A DNA stretch of 63,350 bases, the filler included, from Sluysia triapertura (Eukaryota), in NCBI GenBank assembly GCA_046118255.1. It is 5 parts of 5 records of this genome, joined end to end, with 100 filler letters (N's around TTAATTAATTAA, not from the genome) between each part and the next. Parts side by side here need not be neighbours in the genome. Positions count along the whole stretch, not along the records: positions 1 to 11,505 come from JBJNIA010183990.1; positions 11,606 to 27,362 come from JBJNIA010220024.1; 3 more parts are not named here. One strand, written 5' to 3'. The position numbers and the translations under genes are program-made. The notes under the pieces were generated by a model. The model had not been told where the DNA came from. It did not search any database and saw only the letters and a program-made list of their open reading frames with translations. This document shows positions 1-13,084 of this stretch, piece after piece (position 1 is the first letter of the stretch; each line of letters opens with the position of its first letter).

Positions 1-50
1 ATAAATATTTAAGGAGTTCTCAGGAGTTTTATTTTTATTCTTTAATAAGA

Positions 51-400
51 TTTAAAATCATTAAAAGATTTGACTAGGCCTTACTAAGGCTAGTTTAAAG
101 TTTAAATTATATAAAATTCATTTTGTATTTGCTAGATCTTATTCGGCTAGCTTAATTGCTAATACGACTAGACCATAATTTGGCTAGTTTAATGCGATCG
201 ATTATAGTTTAAATTTAGATGATATATTTAACGGTGCGGTAGCTAATTGATTAAGAGTATAATCACATTCTTTGTAGATAAGCTTAGTTCTTTAAATATA
301 TTTAAAATCCTAATAGACCGCCTCCGGTCAGATATAAGTCGTCTCTATTAGGTGGGCTCGCCTTCAGAGTAATTTTGCATAGCTTAAGTTAAGGTTAAAA
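51..400 (+). repeat. Structured repeat, copy 1: three bulged-purine hairpins plus a GC-richer terminal hairpin
   Basis: Hairpins at 73-94, 131-151 and 167-188 (ACTAG-R-CC..GG-CTAGT type). Stem CCTAATAG/CTATTAGG at 309-352. Segment 305-390 aligns by eye to 60467-60550. Confidence 0.7.
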
Positions 401-412
401 TCCTCGCACTTA

Positions 413-1077
413 TATGGGTGATGGGAATGATGCAAAATTTATTACAGAATTATTAAATAATTACGATGTTAATTTGCATGACAATTTTCCTTTTGAACTT
501 TAGGAAAGATTATTGAACGATTTATTTCAGAATTTTAATGATAATTATGATTGGAAATAGATATTGAATTGTAAAGTATTCGATTAAAGTGTTATTGTAT
601 GACCAACTATAATATATAAAACTATTACAGAGGTATTTTGTCATGAATGTGATTATGACAAATTAATAAATCGTTACTTAAATATATTGAGTCCAAATGA
701 ACACGCTGCAAACAAAGTGACACCGAATTTTGATAGTGTTCAGAAATGGCGAAGTTAAATAAAAAATTTAAAGAAAACATAAAAGAAACGAATGCCGTAG
801 TAATTAGTAAAACATTCGTACATTCCTATCATTAATCTATCGTCGCTGTTTTAAGTACATTTGTATTAACCATCCGTACAGATCATCAATTTCAATGCAT
901 AATAAGCCATTCTATTCGAGTACAGTTTTAGTTATCAATGAATGTTTTATAAATCGTAAAGAGACAAGAATATCAAATAAGCAAATTATTCAAGCTTCCG
1001 AATTATTACATACAATCCAAGGATTATCGATGAAAGCCGTATTGATGCATATTGAAAAATTAATGAGAGTGCACTGA
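413..1077 (+). pseudogene. Unidentified decayed ORF downstream of the hairpin array
   Basis: ATG at 413 gives MGDGNDAKFITELLNNYDVNLHDNFPFEL* and continues as coding-like text with stops. No family recognised. Confidence 0.3.
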
Positions 1078-1265
1078 AGTTAAATACTACAAATTACTCT
1101 TCGTAAGAGTCTCAAAATTTAGATTCAGATTCTCAAACTTTTACTCTGACTAGATGAAAATCTATTATACCAAAAGGCTCTATCATTTCACTTGAATTAA
1201 CATCTTTTGTTTGTTCAGCTATTACACACTTTTTATTTCGTTCCGTGGAATCATAATTCTCAATA

Positions 1266-2100
1266 TTAATTACTCTTTTTGATACGCATATACAGGAACT
1301 TCGGGACATTTGAATCTAAATAAGACGTGGATAAATCTAAATTATCTTGTTTGCATTGATGTGTAGTTAAATATCTTGAATCAACCTCATAGATTCTAAA
1401 GTTATGATTACCAAATGTTTTACGAACTCGGGGTTCGTTTAAAAATTTCTTTACAATAGTGCCATTCTCAGTTTGAATTGAATTTGAACCTTGAAGATTA
1501 ACATCAATGACTCTGATACTAAGATTACTAAAAGATATAAATAAATTATTCGAATTCAACATATGCGATTTATTGGTATTAATAATATTTACATATTCAT
1601 CATCGACAGGTGACTTAATAGGTTCTTGTGCGATCGAATCAAATAATACTTGAGATTTTCGGAATTAAAACTTTCATCATCATTAAGTACTTTCAAACCT
1701 TTTATAAAATCCTTGCATGATAATTTTGGATAAATTTGACTGTGTAAATTTGTATTTAATATAATCAGAGCACAAACTAAGGTGTGACAAACGTCTTCGC
1801 CATTATACACAGATGGATTACAAATCGTATAACGTTTTGAGAAGTGATGCATAATACGTTCTCTTTCTTGCGTTTTTCCAACTAGTGTTAATTTGCTCAG
1901 AAATTGCCGTAGTGCTTTATCAATTCGTAGATTTAAAAAATCGAAAAAATTTGAAAATTCAACTGCGACAGCACGATTAAAATCATTCCTTTTTGATAAA
2001 TGAATTGCTGTCTCATATTCGGAATCCATTACAATCATACAAACGTTTTGCTAAACGCTTCGCTGATTCACGATCGACAGGTGTTGGATTTTGATGATAT
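1266..2100 (-). pseudogene. PSD: PSD/EFA6-family Arf6-GEF pseudogene (Sec7 domain plus degenerate PH start)
   Basis: VDRESAKRLAKRLYDCNGFR, frameshift, YETAIHLSKRNDF...IDKALRQFLSKLTLVGKTQERERIMHHFSKRY...HTLVCALIILNTNLH. This matches EFA6-type Sec7. A second frameshift near 1650 gives LFDSIAQEP, in frame with ORF 1266..1562. Confidence 0.88.
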
Positions 2101-2534
2101 GCTTTAATAATAGAAGTTTAATGGTGGTTTATACTTAGAGGTTTCATAGTATCATATATTGGGTTAGATATTTTAGACAAATGGAGTAATGATGAGGTAT
2201 TTACTGAAGTTTCGCATTCATCTTTATGATTTCCGGAGATGATAGATTGTATAATATCACGGTTGTATTCATCTTTTACTTTTCTCCTTCCTTAAATTAA
2301 AGAATCAGAATTTTTGACAAAATTAGATTAGTTAGTGATTTTAACTTGAATTTTTTAAATTTACCACGAGTTCTAATATTTTTTTCTTGCCTATCTTATA
2401 AACGATTACTTATTTATTTGTCTGTATTAATTACTATATATAAATTAGATAACTCGAATTTTTATTTGGTAATAGTGGTGTAGAAAATTATGTTTAAAAT
2501 GGAGCCAAAATTATTTTAAATCTTTATTTTTAAC

Positions 2535-3312
2535 CTGTCTTGTTTTTTCCATGCTGATTGGACATCCAATCAAAAAGATAAAAAGAGAACAGTGCAAAAG
2601 ACCTGATTGGGTGTCCAGTGCATTTAGACTTATGTAAAGCTGATTTAGCACACCAAGATAATTCATCTCAATGAGTGCTTTCATCGGTAGATTTGGTACG
2701 AAAATGAAGTTTAATGAAATTGTCTAGCGATGACAGACATTTAACGCAAAATTAGTTGTTGGGTTTACAAATCACTGATAACAAAATGGTGATAATGTTA
2801 ATACTGATAATAATGATAATGGTAAAATGAGAATAGTTATAATATGATAATTAAAATTAGGTACTAGAATGAATTTAATGCATAAACTTTAATAATTTGA
2901 AACTTGATCTTTACTTCTAATTGTCTTATTTCTTCAAAATAAATATTAAAATTCTTGTTTCTTGAAATATAATAATTATTTAATTGCAATTTTTAAAGAT
3001 AAAAGTGAAATTGGTGTTGTTAAAGGTCTTACAAAGTGAATGTTGAAGAATTATGACTTTATAATTTATTTTCACAATTTCTATGATGATTTGAGATGTA
3101 ATTGTGTTTCTAATATTATGGGATTTGGATGATATTTTAAATGGATTTTTGAGTGTACTTTGATATTTTTGATTGTGAGTAAGGTTTGTATGTTGAAAGG
3201 TTTTGAATTTAAATGTTTTGAATATAAAAAATTGTTTTAATAAATTTTGATGACTGCCAAATTAAAATTGAAACCCGTTTGCTTTTTGTGTTTTGATTGG
3301 GCAGCCACTCAC
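2535..3312 (-). repeat. Twin-hairpin module, copy A
   Basis: TGATTGGACATCCAATCA (2555-2572) paired with TGATTGGGTGTCCAGT, a second inverted repeat at ~2680-2740, an AAT tract and a GT-rich body similar to 19150-19400. The start motif is degenerate. Confidence 0.65.
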
Positions 3313-3423
3313 AAGATTTTTCGTCAAAATTTCTTGTCAATTTTTGTTAATTCATAATAATAAAATTCATTTTAGTGATATTTAAGTCTACAACATCAAA
3401 TTGCACTTAATAATAAAGAAGAT

Positions 3424-4310
3424 ATGGAGCTTATATTAAAAGCTCTTACAGAATCAATATATGTTAGAGATACTTTTTCAAAATTAAGATTTCAATGCTT
3501 TTCAAATGATGAATTACATGGTATAATAACCCCAAGAATTAATGATACAGAAAGTTTTGAATTGACTACTCCATCATTCGTTGTAACTGATGGCCGCAGA
3601 TCATAAGTTCAATTTACAAAATATTGGAAAATAGATGCCGAAAGACGTGATTTAACTATTAATTCTTTAATTTAGATGAAGATGATTTTATATATGATTG
3701 ATTTGGTGGCATTAAAGATTTAGAAAATAATATCCGTTTTAATCGAATTCAAGAAGATTATTTAAGAATTTTACGATATTTCAGAATTTTTGGAAAAATT
3801 CCGGAAATATCCGATTCACACGTTGAAAAAATTAAACAAAAAGTCGATGGTGTTAAAAATATTAGTGGTAAACCTGTTTGGGCAGATGTGAGTAAAGTTA
3901 TTAAAGGTAGGCACGCATGTGATATATTGAAGCGAACGTTTGAAGTAAATTTATTTCCTTATATTGATTTAGTAAAAAATAATCTCGAAACTAAGAAAAA
4001 CGATTTTGTGAGTTTTATGAAAATTTGCAGAAAAACGATGCTCAAAGTTCGATTTGTTTACGATTAATTATTGATTATGAGAACAAAGTAGAAATTATTC
4101 ACAAACGTTTTAAGCTAAATAATGACTTATTTATTATGCGTTATTTATTGAATAAACGTGATTCGAATGTGACATTAAAGGATTTACAATAAGACTTCAT
4201 TATGTGGGAAAATAAAAAACGAATTCAACATGATCGATTTCAAATGTGTCAATTTGAATCGTTGAAATTATTAGGAAGACCAGAAATAATTGAAGAAATT
4301 AAAAATTGGA
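3424..4310 (+). pseudogene. TRNT1: CCA-adding tRNA nucleotidyltransferase pseudogene
   Basis: HGIITPRINDTESFELTT..VTDGRRS*VQFTKYWKIDAERRDLTINS / FGGIKDLENN / RIQEDYLRILRYFRIFGKI / ISGKPVWAD are class II CCAse motifs. Stops and frameshifts are present; the N-terminal DxD motif was not found. Confidence 0.9.
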
Positions 4311-5605
4311 AATCAGCGGCAGTAATACTCATTGAAGAATGGTCTTTAAAGGAGAACATTGTTCAAACTGATGCTTTTACTACCGGCACTCAAATGATAC
4401 GATCAGATCTGGATGATGAGTCACGACACTTCAAGTCTGTTGGTGTCTATATCCTACGACTCTAGATGGAAAATGTACAAGGTATGGTAGTAACTGTCTG
4501 TGTGCACACAATGCAGCTGAACTCACGGATAACTTCGCCTGGATGTCACACTTAACACATCATGATCATAGAATTCAACAACTCGTTCTGTCATTGAAAG
4601 AAATACCTTTGGACAATAACAAATATCATAACTTAAAAGTATTCATAATTTCTTAATCTAACCATATTTATACTTTTATAATTCTTTTATTATTCCGTAA
4701 TATTTTATAGAAACGTGGAAAGTTTGCTTATGAAACATGCCAAGGAAATAATATGCTAGAAACGAATTTCAAAATTAATTGACAATAAATTCTTAAATTT
4801 AAATATAATACATATTAATTGTTTTATTTATTCAATTAACCTTAAGAAATAATTTTGAAATAATTAAACTTACCAAAGAATATGTAAACTTTAATGTTCA
4901 GATTTTATTTAAATTTAAAAGTTATACAACTTCTATCAAAAAATTAGGACCATTCAATTCCTTTTGCTAACATTACCTTATCTAGTCAAAAACACATGGT
5001 ACTATGCCCATATCAATCGGACGTTTTTGGAATATGCATCATGTACGGCAAATCCTGCAGTTTTTACCACAATGTTCTTCAAATGAATGAAAGTGGACGC
5101 GAATCAAGAGATCATAGGCAAATAATGTACAATCTATTGACTTCAATACGTTCAATTCATCTTGGCACAAGGTCTTCAAAAAACATTTTCAACTTGATAA
5201 CACTAATTCATGTTAGTTAGCAAAATTTCTATTAAAGTAATTGAAATTTTCTTTACCTATGTTGATTGCTTTTATTTTTATTATTTATATTTTAGGATTC
5301 TACAACTGAAAAGATCCAGCACGTGCCAAAATATATTTAGACTAATATTTAACCAAATATTTTTGACAATAAATGTAATAAAATTTCCTTGTTATATATT
5401 TAATAATAAAATTTCACTTTTTTCCTTATGTACTCATTTTAATAAGAATATAATGAAAGAAATTTTAAAAATAAATTTAATTAATTTTAATAAATGAATA
5501 AACTTTTATAAATTAAATAACATTTTAAACTATTTAATTTTAAATATCATTTAACCCCAAAAGGTCCAATGGACCTGTGTGATATGCAATACATACATAC
5601 TTTTT

Positions 5606-5623
5606 TGGTAGCCAGAAGGTTAA
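5606..5623 (-). mobile_element. piggyBac-like terminus
   Basis: Minus strand reads TTAA-CCTTCTGGCTACC, similar to the ends at 27534 and 50587. Confidence 0.3.
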
Positions 5624-6447
5624 TCGAACATTTTACATGTCACAATTGATTTATAAGAAAAATCACTCACCATTTTAAGAGTCGCATAAAAAATAACAAA
5701 AGATTTCCAATGTTTTATTTTTGTAAACAAAATGAAAAGTTAATTTTTAATATAGCTACTCTATCAACAGATATACAAATTGGTTGAATTTTTATAAGTC
5801 TCATACCGATCATGGTTTCGTATATTTTACCTTTGGATAAACTTAATATAAATACTTTCACCTTTGTTATTAAACTTTTTTTAACTTGGAACAGTTTATC
5901 GTACTATTTCTTTATCGATATTCAAATAATAATATATTATAAGAATCATGCGAAAAAAAAACAATAAAAATTCAAAATCACAATTATCCATTACTCATTT
6001 CATACCAAATATCATAAAAACATAATATATTATTATAATAAAAACTAACACTGTTGTGTAAATCACAGAACTTAACTATAGTACCACTTTTGGAACATTC
6101 GCTACAGAAATATTCCCCATTTTGTGTGCATACTTCGCATCTATTATCTTAAATATAATTTTATAAAATTAAATTGTAAACTATTTAAATAAAAGATACA
6201 TCATTTTTTATATTAACTCATTTTGCAAAAACAATTCAGTGTTCAAGTTTAAAGAAATTTTCATTTCTTAAACAATGTGTTTTATCAATGTTGCAAAACT
6301 AAATAATCGTTCATTAATTACTATGTCATTTCGATAAAAATAATAAAAAGAAATAATAACTGAGTTTTCTTTAATAAAAACAGGTATTATTACAATTTAT
6401 CTAGTAAGTGATTTTCCAATCCTTTTAATTTGGAGTTTAAATGAAAA

Positions 6448-6471
6448 CAGTGGTGTCAAACACGCGGCCCG
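6448..6471 (+). mobile_element. hAT (Buster/SPIN-type) left terminal repeat
   Basis: CAGTGGTGTCAAACACGCGGCCCG, upstream of and co-oriented with the hAT transposase relic. No partner TIR found. Confidence 0.55.
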
Positions 6472-6826
6472 AGACTTGATAACAATGTATAAAATAATTT
6501 TATTTTAGGATTAGATTAAAAAAATTTAATTTAAACTATTTTTAAGCATTTGAATATATCCCTTTTGATTCATGTTGTCGCTAAGTGGGTGAATCGTACC
6601 GAAATGTCGTGCGATCGTTTTTTAACAGTTTCTTCGCAGTTGCAAATTGCAAGTATTATTTGCCAAATTTATTAAAACTCATCAAATAATTGACCGTAAG
6701 AATTAATTAAATTAGAGAGCATTCAAATTGGAGTAAAATATCAGATAAGTAATAATCAAAAAGGTAACAGAATACGTGAAAAATCATAGTATCAGTGTTT
6801 CAAAACGCTTACAATTAAATAAAATA

Positions 6827-7764
6827 CAGTCAACCCTCATTAATCCGAACTTTAATAATCCGAAAACTTCATCTTCTGAAAAATATTTATTTATTTTGTC
6901 AATTCTCGAACCTTCCCAGACAAATGTGATTCCAAAAGAGTTAGTAATTTGCTTTTTTATTTATTATTTTTAGTTGTAGTGATTTTGAATATTATTACTA
7001 ACTTCACTGACTACAATACTATAAAATAACTTTCAAGAAACGTAATAGTCTCAAAATGTATTAGAAACTATATTTCTTGTTAGTAATATTAACTTTCAAA
7101 CGATCCACACATGCAATAAATAAATTTTAAAGCTTAAATAGTTTGAATTCCATATTCTTAAGTTAACGATAAATTTTTATGACTATATTAAAGTTCAGTT
7201 TGTGTCTCAAATCCAGCTACACTTCGTTTTTGGTATTGAAAAATTGGTGCAAATTTTATCAATAATTTTATAAACCTTCTTATTATATGATCGGATTTTA
7301 GGCAACCGACGATAGACTATAACTGCATGAATTTAACATCAAACTTGGAATAGTGAATAATTATGTTTTGTTGTTTGATGTTATTCATTATATCTGCTAC
7401 TTTATCTTTTATTTCTTATTTTCTTGTAATATAAACATAATAATGATGATGAATGTTACAATTTGTAGTATAAGAATAAAATGAGTATTATTGAAATAAT
7501 AATATAAAATAGCATGACGAATTGTGTATGTTAAACAGTGACATAAAATTTAAAATGAGTCAAAGATGATTTACAGAAATTCATTCACAAGAAAAATATA
7601 CGAAAACTTTAGATGATTTTTCAAATAAATAATTGCCTTTTTCTTAATAATTTAATCATTAATCTGGCGATGATATATAGATTTTAAATTCCTTCATTAT
7701 CCGAATTAATTCACAATTCGAAAGGAAATCGATTTCTATTTTTCGGATTAATTAAGGTTGAATA
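6827..7764. mobile_element. Non-autonomous pogo/Tigger-like element
   Basis: Left end TA-CAGTCAACCCTCATTAATCCGAA; degenerate inverted right end TTCGGATTAATTAAGGTTGA (7742-7761). Confidence 0.5.
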
Positions 7765-7899
7765 TTTAGAAAATTGGTTTAATCATAGATTTTTGTATAA
7801 AATCTTGATTATGCATTTAATTTCTAAAGACTTATTTATATTGCATATAAATTAAACAATGTTTTTCATTTTTATTATGTCTGATTTTGTCTGATTGTA

Positions 7900-9495
7900 A
7901 AAATAAAAAAAAGATCAATACAAGACGAACACAGAATTTTTCAACCAAGACGGAAGTTAAATTACTTTTTTATAGAGCTAAAAGATAAAGTTTCATATTT
8001 AATTTGTAAACAGACTATAAATGTTTTGAAAGAATATAATTTAAAACACCAATATGAAATGCATAAAAATATATGCAATATACGGGAAAATTAAGAGAAG
8101 ACAAGTTAAAAAATTAAAAAGTGAACTTAAGTCACAACAATCATTTTTAAAAATCGTTTGAAAACACCGAAGGTCAAGTTCAAACTAGTTTCATTATTTC
8201 AGAACTTATAGCCAAACGTGGAAAATGTTTCACAGACGGTGATTTTGTTAAGGAGTGCATGTTAAAAACTGCAGAAATACTCTTTCCCGAAAAGGTCAAA
8301 ACTATTCAAGGCATTTCACTATCAAGAAATTGTGTTGCTGAGAGAATTAATATCGCTACTAATATAAGTTAAAATCTTGAAAATAATTTGATAAATATTC
8401 AACATGTTTCAATTGCAATTGATGAAACTACAGATATTACCGATCAAGCGCAACTTGCTATCTTTATTCGTGCTTGTGACAAAGATTTTACTGTGACTGA
8501 AGAACTCCTCGACATTTTATCTCTTAAATACAAGTCAAGACATTTTTGAATCCGTCGACGAGCTTTTAAGTAAATATAATCTTCCTTTATCTAAATTAGT
8601 TCGTGTAGCTACAGACGGTGCGAAAGCAATGGCAGTAAGAAAAAATGGATTTAGAGCAAAATTATTAGCTAAAGAGCACGTCATTTTTTCCGATAACCAA
8701 TTTCACCCTATTCATTACATCATATGAGGAGATACTGTGTTCGAAAACGTTCTTCAATTTGTCAAAAAACTATAAATTTTATACGAGGTTTGAATCAGCG
8801 ACAATTTTCATCTTTACTGTCAGAATTGAAAATAAACATGATGGCTTAAATTATTATACAAAATTGGGTTGGTTTTCTTCACACAAAATTTTGATGAGGT
8901 TCTGGGAATTTCGTAATGAGATCAAAACATTCTTAAAAATGAAAGATCAGTCAGTTGAACAATTTAAAGATAAAAATTGATTTAACCTCTCTAACCGATA
9001 TTACAAGACATTTTAATGAGTTAAATTTAAAACTTCTTGGTCGAAATAAAGTTATCACACAGATGTGGGAGTTTATTAAGGCATTTAAATTAAAAATCGC
9101 AATTTAGAAAAAACTAAAAATTGTGATTTAGTTTATTTTCCCGCTTGTAAAAGTTATAAAGAATCATATATTTATTTAATTTTGTCAAATATACTTCATA
9201 TTTTGACGATCTGTTGTTAGAATTTGAAATAAGATTTTACAGTTTTCAAGCATGTGAAGAGGATTTGTTGTTCAATGCGCCATTTTCGTATAATGCTGAA
9301 AAGCAAGCAGCAAAGTGCAAATGGAGTGCAAACTATAACGAAGTAGGCGTACCCGAGTTTTATTCGTATTTGCCTGAAAACTTTAATTAAATGCGACTGT
9401 TTGCTTCAAGAATTATTGCGATATTTGGAAGTACTTATTTATGTGAACAGCTTTTTTCTTTGCTAAAAATCAATAAATCATCACAGAGATCACAT
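7900..9495 (+). mobile_element. Decayed hAT transposase (Buster/SPIN, GTF2IRD2-like)
   Basis: IAKRGKCFTDGDFVKECML, ISLSRNCVAERI, IAIDETTDITDQAQLAIFIR, VATDGAKAM, RFWEFRNEIKTFL, FGSTYLCEQLFSLLKINKS, with many frameshifts. Confidence 0.92.
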
Positions 9496-9989
9496 AGTAT
9501 TATTATAAAAATCGTCACATAGTATTATTAATAGTAAATTATTAAAAGTAAATTATCTCTTAAATTACATAAAATATTATATTTTATTTGCTCGTTTTTT
9601 ATAACTTGATAAATAAATATTCAATAAAACACAGGTTCCAGACTAGAACTCAAAATTTGAACTTTTATCTCAACCGACCAAATAGATTCAAAAGTACTTA
9701 TTATAATGTATAAACTTCAAGATATTTAGTTTCAGAAGCTAAAATAAAGTAAAAAATTATCTTACGGTATGTCTAAGTCAAAAATAATGATATATCTGTT
9801 TAATGTATATTTACAATAACTAAATGAATCGATATAACAAACGAGTTAAATCAAGGCACCATTAATTTTATTATTTTCTGGATTTTCTATACATTTGTTG
9901 CTTTTAATATTAATTATTGTTTTTTATTAATATTAATATAAAATAATAAAGCAGGTTGATAATTTAATTTTTAATTATTAACTATAACT

Positions 9990-10415
9990 TAAGGTGACCA
10001 GATTTTTAGATGGGCAAAGCGGGACAACTCTGAAGGAGGTGGAAGTATCAACAAAAATTTTATTACAGAATAAAAATAATATCGTAATATTTTTTATTTT
10101 TAACATAAGACTTACCTTAATTTTCTATGGTAAGTAGCATATTTGTTATATTTATTTGTTTAATTCGCTTGCTAGCACGCAGTATGAACACAAAGTGTAT
10201 CATCCGAGAGACAAATACAATGTAACTGGGTAGCAAAAGCAATATGTTCGTCGTCGCAGCCCGTAGGATTCTTAGAACGCAAAACAATAATTTTCATAAA
10301 TATAAAATTTAATTTAATTCTGAAAGTCGGGAATTTTGAAAAATGTCGCGGGACGCGGGTCAGATTGTGAAAAATCAGGAATTTCCCGCCAAAAGCGTGA
10401 CGTCTGGTCACCTTA
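9990..10415. mobile_element. MITE with hAT (Blackjack-like) TIRs
   Basis: Perfect 13-bp TIR TAAGGTGACCAGA / TCTGGTCACCTTA with subterminal CGGGA motifs. TSD is degenerate. Confidence 0.75.
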
Positions 10416-11359
10416 ATAATAACAGAGGTGCATAAAAGTATATTTATTATATAACCGCGATAATTTAATTGAGATTCCGAATTTGTTTAACTATTGGGCA
10501 ATACTTTGATAATTTAAAAATAAAAGTAACAAAGACACAATATATTAGTATAGAAGATATTTGGGGTTTATGAATGAATAATGGGAACTTTACTTGGTTA
10601 TTATGTTAATACAATATTTGATGTCTGAAAATTTTAATGAAAATTCGTTAACATGTTAAATAAATCATGAGTTACATATTTAACGATTAATTATTTGCAA
10701 GGATTAATTAACATTATTTCTAAATTTTATTGTTTATTGAAATTAATTCTTACATTAATGAGTAGAGTTCTAAATTTTAAGTCAAAAATGAAATATATTA
10801 AAATCATTTTTACAAAAAATAAGAAAGATACATTTCCAATTTATTAGGTAAAATAAAACCAGCAGAAAAAGTAATAAAAACAATTTTAAGGGTTATCAAA
10901 GAAATTTACACAATTATAAGGATTACAATCATTTCTTACTTTGGAAAGATAGGTAGATTCACAAATGATGAAGCAAACTAAGGCCATAATGAAATTGCGA
11001 ATCTCCTCAGCAACTGTAAAGAATAAGATCAAATATTTTTAACTTGTAAATAATTTTTAATTTTAATTTTAATTTTGTTTGTAAATGTGTAAAAATTTTA
11101 CTTTTTAATAAAATAAATATTTGTAATTTTTTGTAAATTTGTATAATTTAATTTTCATAGTTTATATTCTAAGCTTATAAAAACTTGTATTTTGATGGAC
11201 ACATAAAAGAATTAATGTAAATTTAATGCAGCAAAAAATAATAAAATAATTATAAAACTATAAAATTTCTTTTCTCACAAAACAGCTATCAGATATAAAA
11301 GGGTTGTTGGTGTGAAAGTTTTACACGTAAAATATAATCAAGAGTACGAGAGGAAATCA

Positions 11360-11505
11360 ATTATTGTGGAATCTAATTATTGGAAGATAAATTAAATTAT
11401 TGTGGTATCAGGTCATTCGATATCAGTTTAATTTTATCGTGGAATTTACTCGCTTTACCGTGGAATTTGCTCGTTGGGTACTGATTTTTCATTTGGAATC
11501 TTTGG
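11360..11505. repeat. Short GTGGAAT-type direct repeats at contig end, probably a transposon subterminal region
   Basis: TTATTGTGGAATC, TTATTGTGGTATC, TTATCGTGGAATTT, TTACCGTGGAATTT. Confidence 0.4.
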
Positions 11506-11605
11506 NNNNNNNNNNNNNNNNNNNNNNNNNNNNNNNNNNNNNNNNNNNNTTAATTAATTAANNNNNNNNNNNNNNNNNNNNNNNNNNNNNNNNNNNNNNN
11601 NNNNN
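11506..11605. other. Artificial contig linker
   Basis: 44 N + TTAATTAATTAA (stops in all six frames) + 44 N. Confidence 0.98.
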
Positions 11606-11639
11606 CACCATAAAAAGGGTTGCGTAACATACGCATAAA

Positions 11640-12850
11640 ATCTTGATTAAATTAATTAAATTAACTATTCAAAAAATAAGGTTAATTTGATATCTGTAAG
11701 TTAAGGTATTAAGTGAATACTAATATAAAAATTATAGTAAATCCTAATAATACGTCTCCAATTTTTGTGTAAAGCGTATATATTAGGCGAACCGACTCTT
11801 CAGGTAATTTAAGTGTAAGAAAAACACTAGCATTAAGGTCAATCAAATTATGTTTCTTGAGTTCACCAAAGGGAAAACCCAGGTAGATTATGTTTTCTCC
11901 ATCTTTCATGTTCACAATTGGTGGTATCATTGATAACAAGGAATATGAGGTTGGCAGATTTGGCATTTATAACAATTTGTTGTCAGCATATGCCGGGTAT
12001 GGAGGAAATTTCAAGTTATCAGTGATTTTGATGCAGTCATCATCCGTAAATACCCAGATAAAATAGTGCCATGGACAATGGAAATCCCTCTTTTACTCCA
12101 TACATGATCGGTACAGGTTTGATTATAATGCCGTTGCATTTATAGGTGGTGCTGCTGTTTTGGTATAGGTCATTCAAGATGTTCAGGGTTTTCTGTTAGA
12201 GTCATATACCTGAGGGGTTACGCCATTTAGATTGTGCGGCACTGAACCTAATGCATTCACCAAATTGAGAAAGAAAATGTGTAATTTGATTTTGCGCGAT
12301 TTCCTGTGATTTAATGACTCCATGATTTCCCTAAGGGAGTGGAGTAGGATGTTGTGCTCGGTGTATCAATCTGATTGGAGAAGTGCTGATGAGGTTGCCA
12401 CTTTTGACCAATGCCAGTCATTCAGGATCTTAGCGAAGACTCTATAGCTGCAGTCAACTCTAGCTATAGGTCTGCATGAAGCGACGTCATGCGCCAAGTC
12501 ACATTTATTGGGTTTTATTATCAGTAGAGTGTTGTAGTTCATCCAATCAATCGGGACTTTTTGGTTGACCAGGATTCTGTTAAAAAGTAGGACTAGAAGT
12601 TGACCAGTGGGATCAGTATTCTTTAAATTCTCGAATGTTATCTGGTTGTTACCTGGTGCTGAGTGCTTGAAGTATTTGAGAGTGGTTAGGATCTCAATCT
12701 CCAGGATGGGATCAGTAGTCATATAGTCCATGAATGATGGCAGGTGAGTGACTTTAAGTGGTTCGAACGGTGGTACTACTCCACTACTGTACTATTGTAG
12801 AATGGGATTGGTAAGATGGTTAGCTATGTTTTGGTTTGGTTTTCAGCGAA
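11640..12850 (-). mobile_element. Decayed non-LTR retrotransposon reverse transcriptase (R2/NeSL-like)
   Basis: SAPGNNQI, LFNRIL..VPIDW, RPIA..SYRVFAKIL, LVNALGSVPH, AYADN (YADD motif, ~11979-11993) and IYLGFPF. Confidence 0.85.
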
Positions 12851-13084
12851 GATCTTGTCCAAGCTGGGTTGTAAATTTTATATTTACATAAATTTTATAT
12901 TTATTCTTGTTTATCATCATTCTTACATTATCATAGAATTTTTTCTCTTTTTGAGAACTAATTGACTCTTTCCACTGAGCTATGAGCCCGTCTAACAAAT
13001 TTAGATTATTATAGTCAATTATACTAAATGGCACTTTAGGCCTGTATCTCAACAATATCAACATTTACTCATTTTTTTGAAGAC

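Noticed and set aside
4320-5350. Exon-like pieces upstream of the piggyBac-like end
   Set aside because: No recognisable transposase motif; cannot be assigned.
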